The notes: generated by a model from the sequence alone, not told the origin. A DNA stretch of 64,000 nt from Mobula hypostoma (GCF_963921235.1 NC_086097.1:44456001-44520000), one strand, 5' to 3'; numbered from the stretch's first letter, positions 13,393 through 27,395 are shown. Numbers and translations are program-made.

Positions 13393-14176
13393 TCTGTGCT
13401 GTATTGTACTGTGATTTGTTTCCTTAAACAGTTTACTTCTGAAAAGATAGTTGATTGAATCCAATTTTATTTTGTTCTGCAAACTACTTATTAATCCAAG
13501 TTTATTACTTTGACATGTGAGTGTCAACTGTTAATGAGCATTGCAGTGCAGTGGTTGGAAGTATTCCCATGGTGGTCTTGGGTAATTATTCAGTGATTTC
13601 ATAAGATCAGTGATAGCTGCTCAAATCAGGGTAGTGAGTGACCAGAAGATAATGGTGGACTAATGTTTTAAAAAAATGTTAGATCTAGAAGTTGTTGAAG
13701 CTTTAGATATGTTGTACGTAATTCATCCATTTCAGATGGTGAAAGGGGTGTTTCATCAAGTGGACTGTTTTGCCCTGGCTGGCATTAAGTCTTGAATTCT
13801 GCAGGTGGTAAAAAGATTTGGAGACCTGTTGTTACAAAATACTCATCTCCCATTTGCACTAGTAGTTGCATTTCAGTGATCAATCTTATGTTTACTTTCC
13901 ATTCATTGGTGATTCCCATATATGATGATGGGGGGGATTCAGAAATGGTATTGTTGTTTAATTGTCATAGGGAGGTGCTTAGCTGTGTTAGGAAGAAGAT
14001 GGTCATTGCCTGGAATCCGTGATTTCCAGAAGGCATGGATTTCATTATCTGAGGAGTGGGGAGTGAAACTGTGTTCTCAGTTCCAACTTTGTACATTTGT
14101 TTGCAGGTGTAAGTGATAGTTGAGCATGAGCAACTTCTACAGTGATGACCTAGGGCTGAGATTAGCGCTCAGCAAC

Positions 14177-14702
14177 TGTTAAGGATCCGGCCTGAACACT
14201 GGGTCGAAGGGCCTCTCCTGGTAGCTCTGGATCACGACAGTCTTTAATTTCTGTTTTCTTTCACCTGGCCTTGTGGGTCTTGGCCCAGCCCCTTTCCTTT
14301 TTTGGACTTCTTCCAATTACCTGCTTGTCTCCTCATTTGCACCCTCCTGTGTCTAATTTTCACTCATTACCCTGTCCATTTAAACCCTGCCTTGACTAGC
14401 ATTCTCTGTCCAGTTTGTCCCAGATTCTGACCTGTGTCATTCTAGCCTGTCATTGCGACTTCTGCCAACCGATTTTGCTTGGTTCTGTGTTTGGATTTTG
14501 CCTGTTCCTGGACCTGATTTTTGCCTGTGCGCTCTGGATTGTCTGCCCTTGCCTGACTGCCTTTCCTGGTAAGACCTCTGCCTGCCATTTCGGATTCGTG
14601 CCTGCCTTCTGTTTTTGAAAGATGGTTGCCTTTGTGCTCCCTAATAAACCCTGGTGAAAAAGTATTCATCGATCTGCCCTTGAGTCGTGCCAAAACCCGA
14701 CA
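14177..14702 (+). repeat. 5' LTR (526 bp)
   Basis: TGTTAAGG...CCCGACA; TATA-like atttaaa ~14378; aataaa 14643. Confidence 0.93.
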
Positions 14703-17700
14703 GAACGAACTGGCCAAAATGGACTCAGCGGACCCCAACCAGGTACGTGAGGCCCTCTCCCAACAGGGCATGTTGTTAGGGAGACATGAAACGCAGTTCG
14801 CCTCTATCAACCTGTCGATGGAAGCTTTCTCCGCCACTCTGACCAGCATGGCCTCCCAGCTACAGCAGATTCAGCTGGCTCTGAGCTCTAACCCGCCTTC
14901 TCTTGCTGCGCCATCAGCCCCACAGACTCCAACCCAACCAGCCTGAGAGCCCCGTTTACCTCCACCTGAACTTTACAATGGTGAACCAGGCACCTGCTGA
15001 TCCTTCCTGTCTCAATGCTCGCTGATCCTTCCTGTCTCAATGCTCGCTGATTTTTGAGCTGCAGCCCACTACCTTTTCCTCTGATCGATCCCGTATCGGT
15101 TATGTTATCACACTGCAGTCAGGAAGAGCAAGAGAGTGGGGTACAACTGTGTGGGACAGCAGAGCCCCTTTTTGCCACACATTTAAGGACTTTTGTGAGG
15201 AGATGAGAAGAGTCTTTGACCATTCCCAGCAGGGGCGAGAGGCGGCAAAGGGAGATGTTGCGAGTTCGTCAGGGTAACCATTCTGTTTCAGACTACGCCA
15301 TTCAGTTCCGCACTCTAGCCGCCACTACCAACTGTAATTTGGTGGCCCAATCTGACGTGTTTCTCTATGGGCTTAGCGAAGAGGTTAAGGATGAACTAGC
15401 CTCCCATGACATGCCTACTGGCTTCCAAGAGCTGGTCGATTTGGCCATTAAGATTGACAGCCACATAAAACAACGTCAGCAGGAGCGTGATGTCTGGGTG
15501 GTGGGGGGGGGGGTCAGGAAGAACCACCAGGGGGCGTCTGACCCCTCCCCAGCCAGCACCCAGATCTCCTTCCCTGAGTCCTCAGTCACCCCCATCCAGC
15601 CCATCGGAGCTCATGCAGATTGATTGTACCTGTCTGTCTCCTTCAGAAAGGAGGAGGAGAATCAGTACCAACTCCTGTCTGTATTGTGGTCATGCTGGTC
15701 ACTATGTATCTACCTGTCCTGTAAAAAGCCAACGTTCGCTCGTATAGAGGGGACTACAGGTGAGCAGTACTTCCTTCCCCAGTTCCCCATCACTCGAACC
15801 CTGCTACCTGCTTTTATACTGGCTGAAGGGAGGAGACGCACCGTTTCATTTTTATCGACTCTGGGGCTGAGGGAAACTTTATCAGTTCCAGCTTTGCGGC
15901 CAATCTCGGGATGCCACTCTCCTGTCTGAAGCAACCCCTGGAGGCCAGCGGCTTAACCAGAGTGAAACTTGCCATGATTACCCACTCTACAGCTCCGGTG
16001 AGTCTCCTCATTTCTGGCAATCACCAGGAGAGCATTGCTTTCCATGTAATAGATTCCCCCAAAGCTGATGTTGTGTTAGGCCACCCATGGCTAGCTCAGC
16101 ACGGTCCACAGATTGGTTGGTCTAATAACAGAGTGTTAAGCTGGAGTCCTTTCTGCGTAAATCATCGTCTGCGTGTTGCTCATGCTACTCAAAGTCCGGT
16201 TCCTCTGCCTACAGAAGAGTTTCCCGATCTGTCCTCTGTACCCCCTGAATATCTGGACCTAAAGCTGGTATTCAGCAAGACTCAGGCCACCACCTTACCC
16301 CCACGCCGCCCCTATGACTGCGCTATAGATCTCCTTCCGGGAACCTCGCCACCTAGGGGCCGTCTGTATTCCCTGTCTCCACCTGAAAGGAAAGCGATGG
16401 ACCAGTGTATCCAGGAGGCCTTACCAGTGTATCCAGGAGGCCTTGGCTGCAGGAATTATCCGTCCCTCTTCCTCCCCAGCAGGCGCAGGGTTCTTCTTTG
16501 TGGCCAAGAAGGACGGGTGCCTGCATCCTTGCATGGACTATAGAGGTCTCAATGAGATCACCATTAAGAACCGCTATCCTCTTCCTCTTATGTCATCTGC
16601 ATTTGAATTGCTCCAGGGTGCTTCTATCTTCTCCAAGCTCGACCTCCGCAACGCTTACCATCTGGTCCACATAAGAGAGGGGGGATGAGTGGAAGACCGC
16701 ATTCAATACGCCATCTGGGCACTATGAATATTTGGTAATGTCTTTCGGACTTTCTAATGGTGTTGCTGTGTTCCAGTCCCTGGTGAATGACGTCCTCAGA
16801 GACATGTTTAAGCAATTTGTATTTGTTTACTTGGATGATATTCTGATATTTTCTAGGTCCCTCTCTGAACACATCCAGCACGTCCGTCGGGTGCTCCAAC
16901 GACTCCTGGAGAATCAGTTATTCGTGAAGGCGGAAAAGTGTGAATTTCACCGGAGTTCAACTTCGTTTCTGGGATATGTGATCAGCGCTGGAGGAATCCA
17001 GATGGACCCTCAGAACATCAAGGCGGTACAGGAGTGGCCACAACCCGCCTCTCGATGAGATGTCCAACGCTTTCTTGGGTTTGCCAACTTCTATGGCCAA
17101 TTCATTCGAAATTGCAGCATCCTGGCCGCCCCGCTGACTGCGCTAACCTCCTCCAAGTCGAAGTTGGCCTGGAATCCAGCGGCTGAGAAAGCCTTTTCCG
17201 ATCTAAAGACCCGTTTCACCACGGCACCTATCCTCCTTCAGCTCGATCCTACAAGGCAGTTTATTGTAGAGACTGACGCCTCTGATGTAGAAGTAGGGGC
17301 TATACTGTCACAGTGTTCAGCAGAGGACGACAAGCTACACCCGTGCGCCTTTTTTTTCCCACAAATTTTTGCTCACAGAACGCAACTATGACATCGGCAA
17401 TCGAGAGTTATTGGCTGTTAAACTTGCTGTTGAGGAATGGCGGCATTGGCTTGAGGGAACGACTACTCCTTTTCTAGTCTGGACGGATCACAAGAACCTG
17501 GTATATATCCATTCAGCCAAATGCCTCAACTCCCGCCAGGCTCGGTGGTCCCTGTTTTTTGCCCGTTTTAGATTCACCCTGGCCTACCGTCCTGGCTGTA
17601 AGAACAGCAAGCCTGACGCGCTGTCCAGGCAGTTTCCAACAACCGACGAGGCGCCCGAGGTTATGACCATTCTCCCCCAGCAATGTCTGGTCGCCGCAGC

Positions 17701-19113
17701 ATAGTGGGAGATTGAATCTGTGGTCCAGTCTGCCCAGCAGGGTGAGTCTGCTCCTAGTGCCTGCCCTGCTAATCTATTGTATCTTCCCCAGTCTGTCCAC
17801 ACCCAGGTTCTCCAGTGGGGACACACCTCCAAACTGGCATGTCATCCTGGCGTCTGACGCATGACGGCTTTCATCAGTCGAAGATCTTGGTGGCCATCCC
17901 TGAGGAAGGATGTTGAGAGCTTCATTTCTGCCTGCCTAGTCTGTGCACAGAACAAGACCTCCAGCCAGCCACCAACTGGTCTCCTGCAACCCCTGCCTGT
18001 TCCTAGAAGGCCCTGGTCACACATTGCACTGGACTTTGTCACTGGACTCCCTCCATCGGACAGTAACACTACCGTTCTTACCATAGTGGATCGTTTTTCC
18101 AAATTGGTCTATTTAGTTCCCCTTCCCAAGCTGCCCTCTGCCAAGGAGACTGCCAACCTGGTGATTCAGCATGATTTCCATATTCACGGTCTCCCCATTG
18201 AAGTGGTATCTGATAGAGGTTCGCAATTCACCTCCCACTTTTGGAGGACCTTTTGCAAACTACTCGGAATCAGGGTTAACCTCTCATCTGGGTTTCATCC
18301 ACAGAGTAATGGCCAGACCGAGGGGGCTAATCAGCAGATGGAGGTGATGCTCCATTGTGTGACGTCTCAGGAATCTTCCTCTTGGAGTCAGCAACTTCCC
18401 TGGGTCAAGTACGCCATTAATTCTTTGCCTTCTGCTTCATCAGGTTTATCCCCATTCCAGTGCTGTCTTGGCTATCAACCCCCCTTATTCGCGTCTCAGG
18501 AGGAGGAAGTGGGTGTTCCCTCAGCCGAAGCGTTTGTCCAGAGGTGTTCACGGACCTGGAGACGAGCCCGAAAGGCGCTGCTTCAATCTACAGCCAGAAT
18601 GAAGCAGTAAGCAGACCGTCACCGCATTGAGGCCCCCCCGTTACCGCCAGGGTGAGGTGTGGTTATCTTCGCGTGACATCCCCTTGAAGGTGGACTCCCG
18701 CAAGCTGGCACCACGCTACATTGGACCTTTCCCCATCACCAAGGTGATCAGCCCTTCGGTGGTACGTCTAAATCTACCCCCTACCCTTCGCAGAATCCAT
18801 CCTACATTCCATGTTTCAAGGATTAAGCTCTTTGTCTGAGCCCCCTCTGTCCCACCCCCAAGCCCCCTCCCCCTCCCCATCTCATCGATGGCTCAGAGAC
18901 CTTCACTGTGCACCGATTACTGGACGTTCGACGCAGAGGTTGTGGACTGCAATACCTTGTTGCTTGGGAGGGCTATAGCCCCAAAGAGAGGTGTTGGGTT
19001 CCCGCTCGAGATATCCTGGATCCCTCTCTCATGAAGGACTTTCATAGGAGCCATCCCGTACCAGCAAGAAGGGCATCTGGAGATGCCCGTGGGATGGGGG
19101 GAGGGGGGGTTAC

Positions 19114-19639
19114 TGTTAAGGGTCTGGCCTGAACACTGGGTCGAAGGGCCTCTGCTGGTAGCTCTGGATCATGACCGTCTTTAATTTCTGTTTTCTTTCA
19201 CCTGGCCATGTGGGTTCTAGCCCAGCCTCTTTCCTTTTTTGGACTTCCTCCATTTACCTGCTTGTCTCCTCATTTGCACCCACCTGTGTCTAATTTTCAC
19301 TCATTACCCTGTCCATTTAAACCCTGCCTTGACTAGCATTCTCTGTCCAGTTTGTCCCAGATTCTGACCTGTGTCGTTCTAGCCTGTCATTGCGACTTCT
19401 GCCAACCGACTTTGCTTGGTTCTGTGTTTGGATTTTGCCCGTTCCTGGACCTGATTTTTGCCTGTGCGCTCTGGATTGTCTGCCCTCGCCTGACTGCCTT
19501 TCCTGGTAAGACTTCTGCCTGCCATTTCGGATTCGTGCCTGCCTTCTGTTTTTGAAAGACGGTTGCCTTTGTGCTCCCTCATAAACCCTGGTGAAAAAGT
19601 ATTCATCGGTCTGCACTTGAGTCCTGCCAAAACCCGACA
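19114..19639 (+). repeat. 3' LTR (526 bp), followed by a 10-bp terminal duplication
   Basis: Direct repeat of 14177-14702 with about 23 substitutions counted by eye (~4%). Confidence 0.93.
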
Positions 19640-21059
19640 GAACCCGACAGCAACTCAGCTCTTTCCTTGCTCTGGGAGTAGTACCAAACATCCAAGAAAA
19701 TGAGGTACTTACCTAGTGAAGCTATAACACGTGCATGCTTAACTGGAAAAGCAGCATGTAATAAACAGAGCCAAACAATTCCTGACTAGCAGGCCAGATG
19801 AAATCTCTCAGTTCTGTCACATCTGATTATGAGTAATGGTAGGCAATAGAACAACAAACAAGAAAGGTTAACTCCAACAACATCCAATCCTCTGAGGCAA
19901 GGTTAATGTATTTGCAAAGGCATTCACTCAGAAGTGCCGAGTAACTGATCGTTCACAACTTTCTCCTGAGGAACACTGCTTTGCAGAAGCCAGTTTTCAG
20001 GTCTGATTGTACATGATATAAAGAAGCTCCTGAAAATACAATGAAGGCAGCAGGACAAAATGACGTAATTACTATTTTGCTGAAACAAGTTGTGACTCCA
20101 ACCAAAATGTTCCAGTTCAATTATAGCAAGTGCTGATATGGAAAATTGCCCATCTATGACCTATCCACACAAAAAAAGTGAAATGAAATCTGGTCAGTTA
20201 CCATTCCATCAGTCTACTTTTAATCAACAATTAAGTGATGGAAGGCATTGTAATTAGTGCGTAAAGCAGCCCCTCACTCATCAGTAACCTGGTCATTGAT
20301 GCACATCTTGGGTTTTTATCAAATAGTGTTTGTTTGTTTTTTACTATGGTGTTAATCTAAACTTTTACCAAAGTGCTGAAATGCAGAGGTGAAAATAAAG
20401 GCAGTATCTGCCCGAGTATGGCATCCAGGAGCCCTAATACTACTACTTGCATTACATAACTAACAATTTCCTCTTTGGTTACTCTGATCCTTTGTGTGTC
20501 CATGGATTTAAATAATGATGTCTCTTCGTCCGAAATACCTGCAAGGCCTTGTTTGGCTGCAGCCAGCCAGTGAATATTATGGGAGCACAGGAGTTATGCT
20601 ACCAGATTAGTATACAAGATCTCCACATTTGGAATAATCCCTAATTTATTTCTATGCAATTACAAACCTAAAGATGAATGTCAAAAGTCTGTGAATAAAT
20701 TGAAACATGTGCTGGAAAACTAGCTGTCTGTTAACTATTTTCTGATTTCACGGATGATGAATTTCAGTGTTTCCGGTATTTCTTTAAATTCAAAGACGAA
20801 GCTCTTTCACTCAATTCTTTATCATAATTTCTTTGTTAGACTCTATACAATAAATCAAATAGTCATGATATTTAATATAAATGTAATAAACACTGTCATT
20901 TGAGGTATTTCTTTTTCCTGGGATAGGAAAGATTGCAACTTGTTATCACCTGTGGTTTAGGTCAATGCATTGATGTAAGAAGAAGGGAATAGAAGGTCAC
21001 ATTTTTTTTAAATCTAAAGTTTTTAATTTTCCTAAATGTTAATAAAGTTCAAATTAAAA

Positions 21060-22960
21060 ATAAAGTGCCAAAAATACTCAGATCAGGCAGTGACAATGAA
21101 GAGAGAAAAACAGTTAATATTTTGGGTCAATGACCTGTCATCAGAATTGGAAAACAGATGGGAGATAGATTTTAAGTTGCAGAGAGGGAGAAGGGTGGAG
21201 GAGCAAAGAGAATGCCTGTGACTGGGTCAAAATCTAGATTGTCCAGTTGGAAAAGGGCAGTCAGTAAGGAGACAAAAGCAAAATATGGTGGAACTGTGAT
21301 ATGCAGATAAAATACAACATTTGCTGGAAATCTGACACACAAAATAATTCTGAAAGTACACAACTCAAGTACTCATGCTGAGAGAGAAAAGAACTGAGTT
21401 ACTGTTACTGATGACCTTGCATCATAACCGTCCAGTTCTGTCACAAACTAGAAAAATCAGTTTCCTCAAACATTGGAATTCAGTTTTGAGCCTTGAGGTC
21501 TGTAATGTGTAAATGAGATGAGCTCCTTCAATTTACGTTGGGCTTTGTTGGAATACTGTAAGAGGTCAAAGATCGGGAGGTTACAGTAATGGAGAAGTGG
21601 CAGGTAACTGGATGCTCCAGGTCACTTTTGCAGACTCGGAGATGTTCTGCAAAGTGACCATGCCATCTGTATTTGGCTTTGCCAAAGTAGAAACCACACC
21701 ATGGGCACTGAACACAATATGCTAAATTGGAAGAGGTGTAAGTGAACTGCTACTTTATCTGCAAGACAATTTGCATCCATAGATGATGGGAAGAGGTAAA
21801 AAGGCAGTGTTGATTATTCCATGGTTAAATCTGAAAATACCATTACATAATTGATACAGATGGAAAAACAAACCAGGGACTTGTAAAGAGAACAGTCTCT
21901 TCAGAATGCTGAGCGGAAGATGTGTAAAGTAATGGAACCTCATTACAGTTGCCAGAAATTACAGATGAGCTAGTAGGTGGAAGCTGAAGATCAGGGTATA
22001 TATTCCCTTGGGTGAGAGTGGAGGCAAGAGCAGATCTATAGGATGTAGAGGGGACATGTTTGAGAGTGCTGCCAACTGTGTTAGCAAGGAAATTTTGGTT
22101 AAGGAAAATAGAAGATAGTTTCACAATCACCATCAGAACAGGTAAGATGGAGAAAGTGGGACAATGGAATGAAGCAGTGTTGGAGGAGGTGTCGTCAAGA
22201 TAACTGAAGGACTCATGGACACCTATTCATTGACGAACAACGGCTTGAGATGAAGATAGGTAGCTAAAATGAGAAGAGTCAGTTATGGGTAATGTGAAAG
22301 TGAGCACGACAGTAGGTGTGAATTGTTAGTTCTATATTAGTACAGAAAGCAGTCAATGTGTTATAAGTAAACAACAGGAATTCTGCAGATGCCGGAAATT
22401 CAAGCAACATACAAAGTTGCTGGCCTTTGATGAACATTGACTTATCTAACTTCCGCTAAGGCCCCACCTCCCCCTCGTACCCCATCTGTTACTCATTTTT
22501 ATGCACACATTCTCTCACTCTCCTTTTTCTCCCTCTGTCCCTCTGAATATACCTCTTGCCCATCCTCTGGGTCACCCCCCCCCCTTTCTTCCCGGACCTC
22601 CTGTCCCATGATCCTCTGGTATCCCCTTTTGCCTATCACTTATCCAGCTCTTGGCTCTATCCCTCCCTCTCCTGTCTTCTCCTATCATTTTGGATCTCCC
22701 CCCCACTCCAACTTTCAAATCCCTTACTCACTCTTCCTTCAGTTAGTCCTGACGAAGGGTCTCGGCCTGAAACGTCGACTGCGCCTCTTCCTATAGATGC
22801 TGCTTGGCCTGCTGCGTTCACCAGCAACTTTGATGAATGTGTTATAAGTATAGTTATGAAGGAGAGAAACCTGCGCAAGACTGCTCGAAGTATGCCACAA
22901 AGAGACGGGCATCACTTGGGCCATGCAACTTCTGTAGACATCTTCGGTTTCCAGTAGATG
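21060..22960. mobile_element. Old degenerate Penelope-like element (- strand) with a younger Penelope 3' end inserted at ~22367-22835 (approximate ends)
   Basis: 22424-22835 resembles the 62075-62500 Penelope tail (atgaacattgacttatctaacttccgctaa, pyrimidine tract, ctgacgaagggtctcggcctgaaacgtcgac). An inverted terminal piece sits at 22367-22423. Decayed RT-like sequence near 22870-22930(-). Confidence 0.6.
22744..22781 (+). ncRNA. Minimal type I hammerhead ribozyme motif (Penelope-associated)
   Basis: tagtc-CTGACGA-agggtctcggcct-GAAA-CGTC-gactg: conserved core, stems I and II, palindromic ACGT in place of stem III. Confidence 0.7.
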
Positions 22961-24649
22961 TCAGGATTAGATGATATACTGTGTCAGAAGTATTATGACG
23001 ACTATAAGCTTGTTCATGATCCACTTCACCAGCTGAGTTTTATTATAGATATATGAGGAGATTTATTTTTCTTGTTCAGGCACAAAGTTGACATACTATT
23101 GTCGTAAAGGCCTTGTAATTAGGGCTAAAACATTTTTAACTGTTCTACACTAGTTTAGGCAATCTGATTACAAATCCTACAGATGTTTAAATTTGATTGG
23201 GTATTTTAAAGAAGTTAGTATGTTAGTTGTCCTGTCTATCTGGATTTTCCTGAAGCTGCCGATAGGATACATTACCAAGGGTTTCCCTACAAGATAAAAT
23301 TGTATGAAAATGTTAATAAATCTGTGGTAGATTAAAATCTAGCTTGATGTCAAAGGTAGAAACAAACTGTCAGTCACCAGTTATGTAGGAGTTGGAATGA
23401 CCAATTATTTATAAATAACCCTGAGGTTTGTGACTTTTTTTAACAAATCCTGATGTTAGAGGAATTGGGCCCCGTCTGTATAATATTTAAATTGGGAAAA
23501 GGTATTGTGCTTATGAGCAGGTCAAATGCTGAATCAGTTGCAATCCTACAGGGGACATTTAAAGACAGTGGAAGACATTTTGATATGGTTGTTTTAGTAC
23601 ACCAGATTCTAAAGATTTATGACCAATATCTTGAAATATAGGCAAAGTGGAAAATGGTTTGTGATATATTTATAGTACAGTTAGCAAAAAAGCAAAGTTG
23701 ACATTTTGGCTTTGTGCAAGACCTTGCTTAGAACTCAAGGTAGAATATTGTATTTAGTTGGGGTCTCCTTTTATATGAGGTATTGATATGCATTTTAACA
23801 CCCTGGGTTTGTATTTTTGAGAAATATAGGGCTTTTAGGATGATGAAGCTGACAGAAATTAATTTGTGCAGATGTATTGTTTTGATTGATGAGCTTTAAC
23901 AAGGCAGGAGCACTCTCATAATAAGCTGCTGTTGTGTAATTAATATATTATGGAATTAATGTGCAGAAACTGTTACAGTACAATTAACTACCCAATTACT
24001 CAAAGTAATAGGACTAACTTCTGCTACATGTAATGTGGAAATCGGACATTCCTGAAGTTATATCTGATGACATTGGAATTAATAGTAATATGTAAGAAAA
24101 CTCAAAATTTCTCATTTTATGAAGGGAATATTTTAGTGAATTAAACCAAAATTAGTAAGTAAGCAGCTTTGAAAATAAAGATGTATCTACTTTTTCCAAT
24201 GAGAAAGTAAGTAACTGCAGAGTTTTTGGCATCTCTATAGATTAATCCATCAGGAACATCCTGCAATGGGCTAGATGTTTGAGAAACACTAAGCTGTTCC
24301 AGTGTGCGAGTCACTTGCCCTTGGATTGCATTGTTACTTACAGTGAGATTCTGGCTCAGTCTTCCAAAGGGAGGCTTGCTTCCAGCTTGTCAAGGAGTCT
24401 TGCGTAGGGCGGCTTCAGTGGGAGTCAAAACTGTCGAATATAAATGGATATGTGATCTATCGGTCACATTTTGTTCCTTTTCCTTTGTGTTGACATATTG
24501 GGCCCACTGACTTGACAACTGAGGGAGGAAAAAATTTTTTTACAAGGGAATCAAGATATTGCTATGTGACAAAAGCTGCAAGCAATAGATTAAATTAAAA
24601 GGTACAGGCAAACTGGTAATTTAGAGTGTGCAGCTCCACAACATGGTAC

Positions 24650-25150
24650 CTCCAAAAAAAACTTCCTAAACTACAGGGCCAATGGAAGACTTTTCAACCT
24701 GTGCCAGCTGCACTTCAGCACAAATGTGCCAACCACAGTGGTTGAGCTACAGCATATAGACAGTATATATCTGGGGCTGACAGAGAATGGTCCGTGTCTG
24801 CAAAGCAAAGAAATTCTACCAATATGCCCACTGTGTACAATAGCATCCTCTGACAACAATGAGAGCTTAGAAAATCTGGCTCACTTCCAATATCTCAAAA
24901 GCACTTCTAAGCAAAGTCAGACATGGATGATGAACTTCACCTTAGCTCCCAGTGCTTCAGTACAGCTTTTAAGTGTCTAAGGAAAGTAACAGGACCTCAA
25001 AGCCAGTGCAAAATGAATGGTCCATAGACATCAATTATCCCTACCTTCCTCTTTGTAGACCATCAAAAATAATCAATGAACTTGGTACACATTCTGGGAA
25101 GGGAGGAAAAAAATCAGTTGTAGCAAATGAGAAACCATTCTACTATCATG
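24650..25150 (+). mobile_element. Highly decayed RTE-like LINE fragment
   Basis: ctacagggccaatggaagacttttcaacctg reads YRANGRLFNL, an RTE-clade RT motif. Confidence 0.45.
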
Positions 25151-26376
25151 TGGTATATTCAGAGTTCAAAGTAACTTTATTATTAAAGTATGCATATGTT
25201 ATCATATACTACTTTGTGATTACACTTTGCATGCTGGCATTTACAGAGGAAAAAAGTACAATAGAACTTAACAAAAAAAATACATAAGACACAAAGACTG
25301 ACAACCAACCAATGTGCAAAGGTCAAACTGCATATAAAAATAATACTGAGAACAAGTGTTGTAAAGGGTCTTTGAAAGTGAGTCCATAGGTTGTAGAATC
25401 CATCAGCGTTGTGGTGATTGAAGTTATCCATACCAGATACTGGTGGCTGTAGGGTAATAATTTCCTGAACCTGATGGTGTGGGACGTAAGGTTTCTGTCC
25501 CTCCTGCCTGATAGTGGTAGTGCGAAGAAGTAATGACAACCTGTGTTACATTACACCTGAATAAATCTATAAAGACAGATGAAAGCCTTGGCACTCATTT
25601 ACTCTCTTTACATACAGAAAGAAATTTCTTCTTCAAGTGGTAAACAAAAGGTGCAACTTTCAAATCCTGTGCTATAATGAAAACACAGCTGCTTCACAGT
25701 GCCAGAGACCCAGGTATGGTCCTGACCTTGGATCCTGTCTGTGTAGATATTGCACGACCTCTCTGTGACCAACGGGGTTACCCCTGGATGCTTCATTTTC
25801 TTCGGCCGTCCCAATATCATTCAGGTGGTAAGTTAACTTGCTGCTGAAGAACTAAGCCACTTGGCTGTAGATAAGTGGTAGAATCAGGTTGGGGTAGTTG
25901 AGGATATGGGGAGAATAAAAATAATGGAATTAATGCAGGTTTAGTGTAAATGGGTGGTTGATGGTGCAGATGCAATGGGCTCGAGACTGATTACCTGCTG
26001 TAACTTTATATCTCTATAGCACTAAGAGAAGGAACTGAAGTTAAACCTAATTACAAAATAATTAACACAATAACATTTAGAAATATTTGCATTAATATAC
26101 AAAATTTTGTACATTTGCTTTTCAGGATTTTAAGGAATCTTAGATTAATTTCATCATACAGAAGAGCTGAAGTGCAAAAGTACTTTGAGCTAACAGTGCA
26201 AATCAGTAGGGATTTTTTTGGTTCGTATTGAGAAGCTCAATCTACTGCTAAACAATCTTAAATCAATACAAAATGCTATATTTAGCTTCTAACATGGGAA
26301 AATAATAGCTTATTTTATGCAAAATTTCAATGTATAACATCAATAAGCATTCAGCACCAATAAACATTAAAAGTAT

Positions 26377-27395
26377 AAAGTTCAAAGTAAATTTATTATC
26401 AAAGTACATATATGTCACCATATATAACCCTGAAATTCAGTTTCTTGTGGGCATTCACAGTAAATACAAGAAACACAATAGAACCAATGAGGGACCACCC
26501 CAACAGGGCGGACAAACAACCAATATGCAAGACAAAAAACTGCAAATACAAAAGAAAATAATAAATAAATATTGAGAACATGAGATGAGGAGTCCTTGAA
26601 AGTGAGTCCGGAGGTTGTGGGAACATTTCAGTGATGGGGTGAGTGAAGCTATCCCCTCTGGTTCAAGAGCCTGATGGTAATAACTGTTCCTGAACTTGGT
26701 GCTGTGGGTCCCGAGGCTCCTGTATTACATTCCCAATGACAGCAGCAAGAAGAGTATGGCCTGGATGGTGGGGGTCCTTGATGATGGATGCTGCTTTCCT
26801 ATGACAATGCTCTGTGTAGATGTATTCAATGGTGGGGAGGGCTTTGCAACTGATGGACTGGGATGTTCGCACTACTTTTTGTAGGCTTGTCCATTCAAGG
26901 GCATTGGTGTTTCCATATCAGGCAGTAATACTCTCCACAGCACACCTACAGAAGTTTGTCAAAGTTTTAGATGACATGCCGAATTTTCGCAAACTTCTAA
27001 AAAGTAGTGGTGCTGCCGTGCTTTCTTTATAATGGCGCTTTCATGCTGGACCGGACAGATCCCCTGAAATGATAATACTGAGGAATTTAATGTTGCCAAC
27101 CCTCTCCACCTCCGATCCCCAATAAGAACTGGCTCATTGACCTCTGATTTACTCCTACTGAAGCCAATAATCGGCTCTTTGGTCATGCTGACGTTGAGTG
27201 AGAGGTGGTTGTGGTGCTATTCAGCCAGATTTTCAATCTTCCTCTTACATGCTGATTTGTCACCACCTTTGAATTTGCCGACGACAGTGGTGGTGTCAGT
27301 AAATTTAAATATGGCATTGGAGCCTCATAGTTATTAGTATAAGGGGAATAGAGTAGGGAGCTAATCATACAGCCTTGTGGTTCACCTGTGCTGAT
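26377..27395 (-). mobile_element. Rex1/L2-group LINE 3' fragment (shorter related piece at ~25160-25535)
   Basis: Minus-strand KAASIIKDPHHPGH and TKEPIIGF motifs; tail gataataaatttactttgaacttt. Confidence 0.8.

Larger units (their letters stand above)
14177..19649 (+). mobile_element. Full-length decayed Ty3/Gypsy chromovirus (Sushi-like) LTR retrotransposon
   Basis: TG...CA LTRs; TSD gcaac (14172-14176 / 19650-19654). Gag from ATG 14719 with CLYCGHAGHYVSTC knuckle; protease IDSGAEGNF; RT YLDD (~16828); RNase H; integrase HHCC plus DFVTGLP...SDRG; GPF motif; chromodomain ([10 protein letters not shown]...W); polypurine tract 19091-19109. Many stops and frameshifts. Confidence 0.96.

Noticed and set aside
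13541..13566. Minus-strand EYFQPLHC resembling the carrier KYRGPLHC motif
   Set aside because: Isolated short match with no supporting flanking similarity or splice sites.
14719..19060. Domesticated sushi-derived gene (PEG10/RTL1-like)
   Set aside because: Both LTRs and the TSD are present and gag/pol carry many stops and frameshifts: an ordinary decayed insertion.
25685..25990. tRNA gene
   Set aside because: Degenerate tRNA-derived SINE head and core; no cloverleaf.
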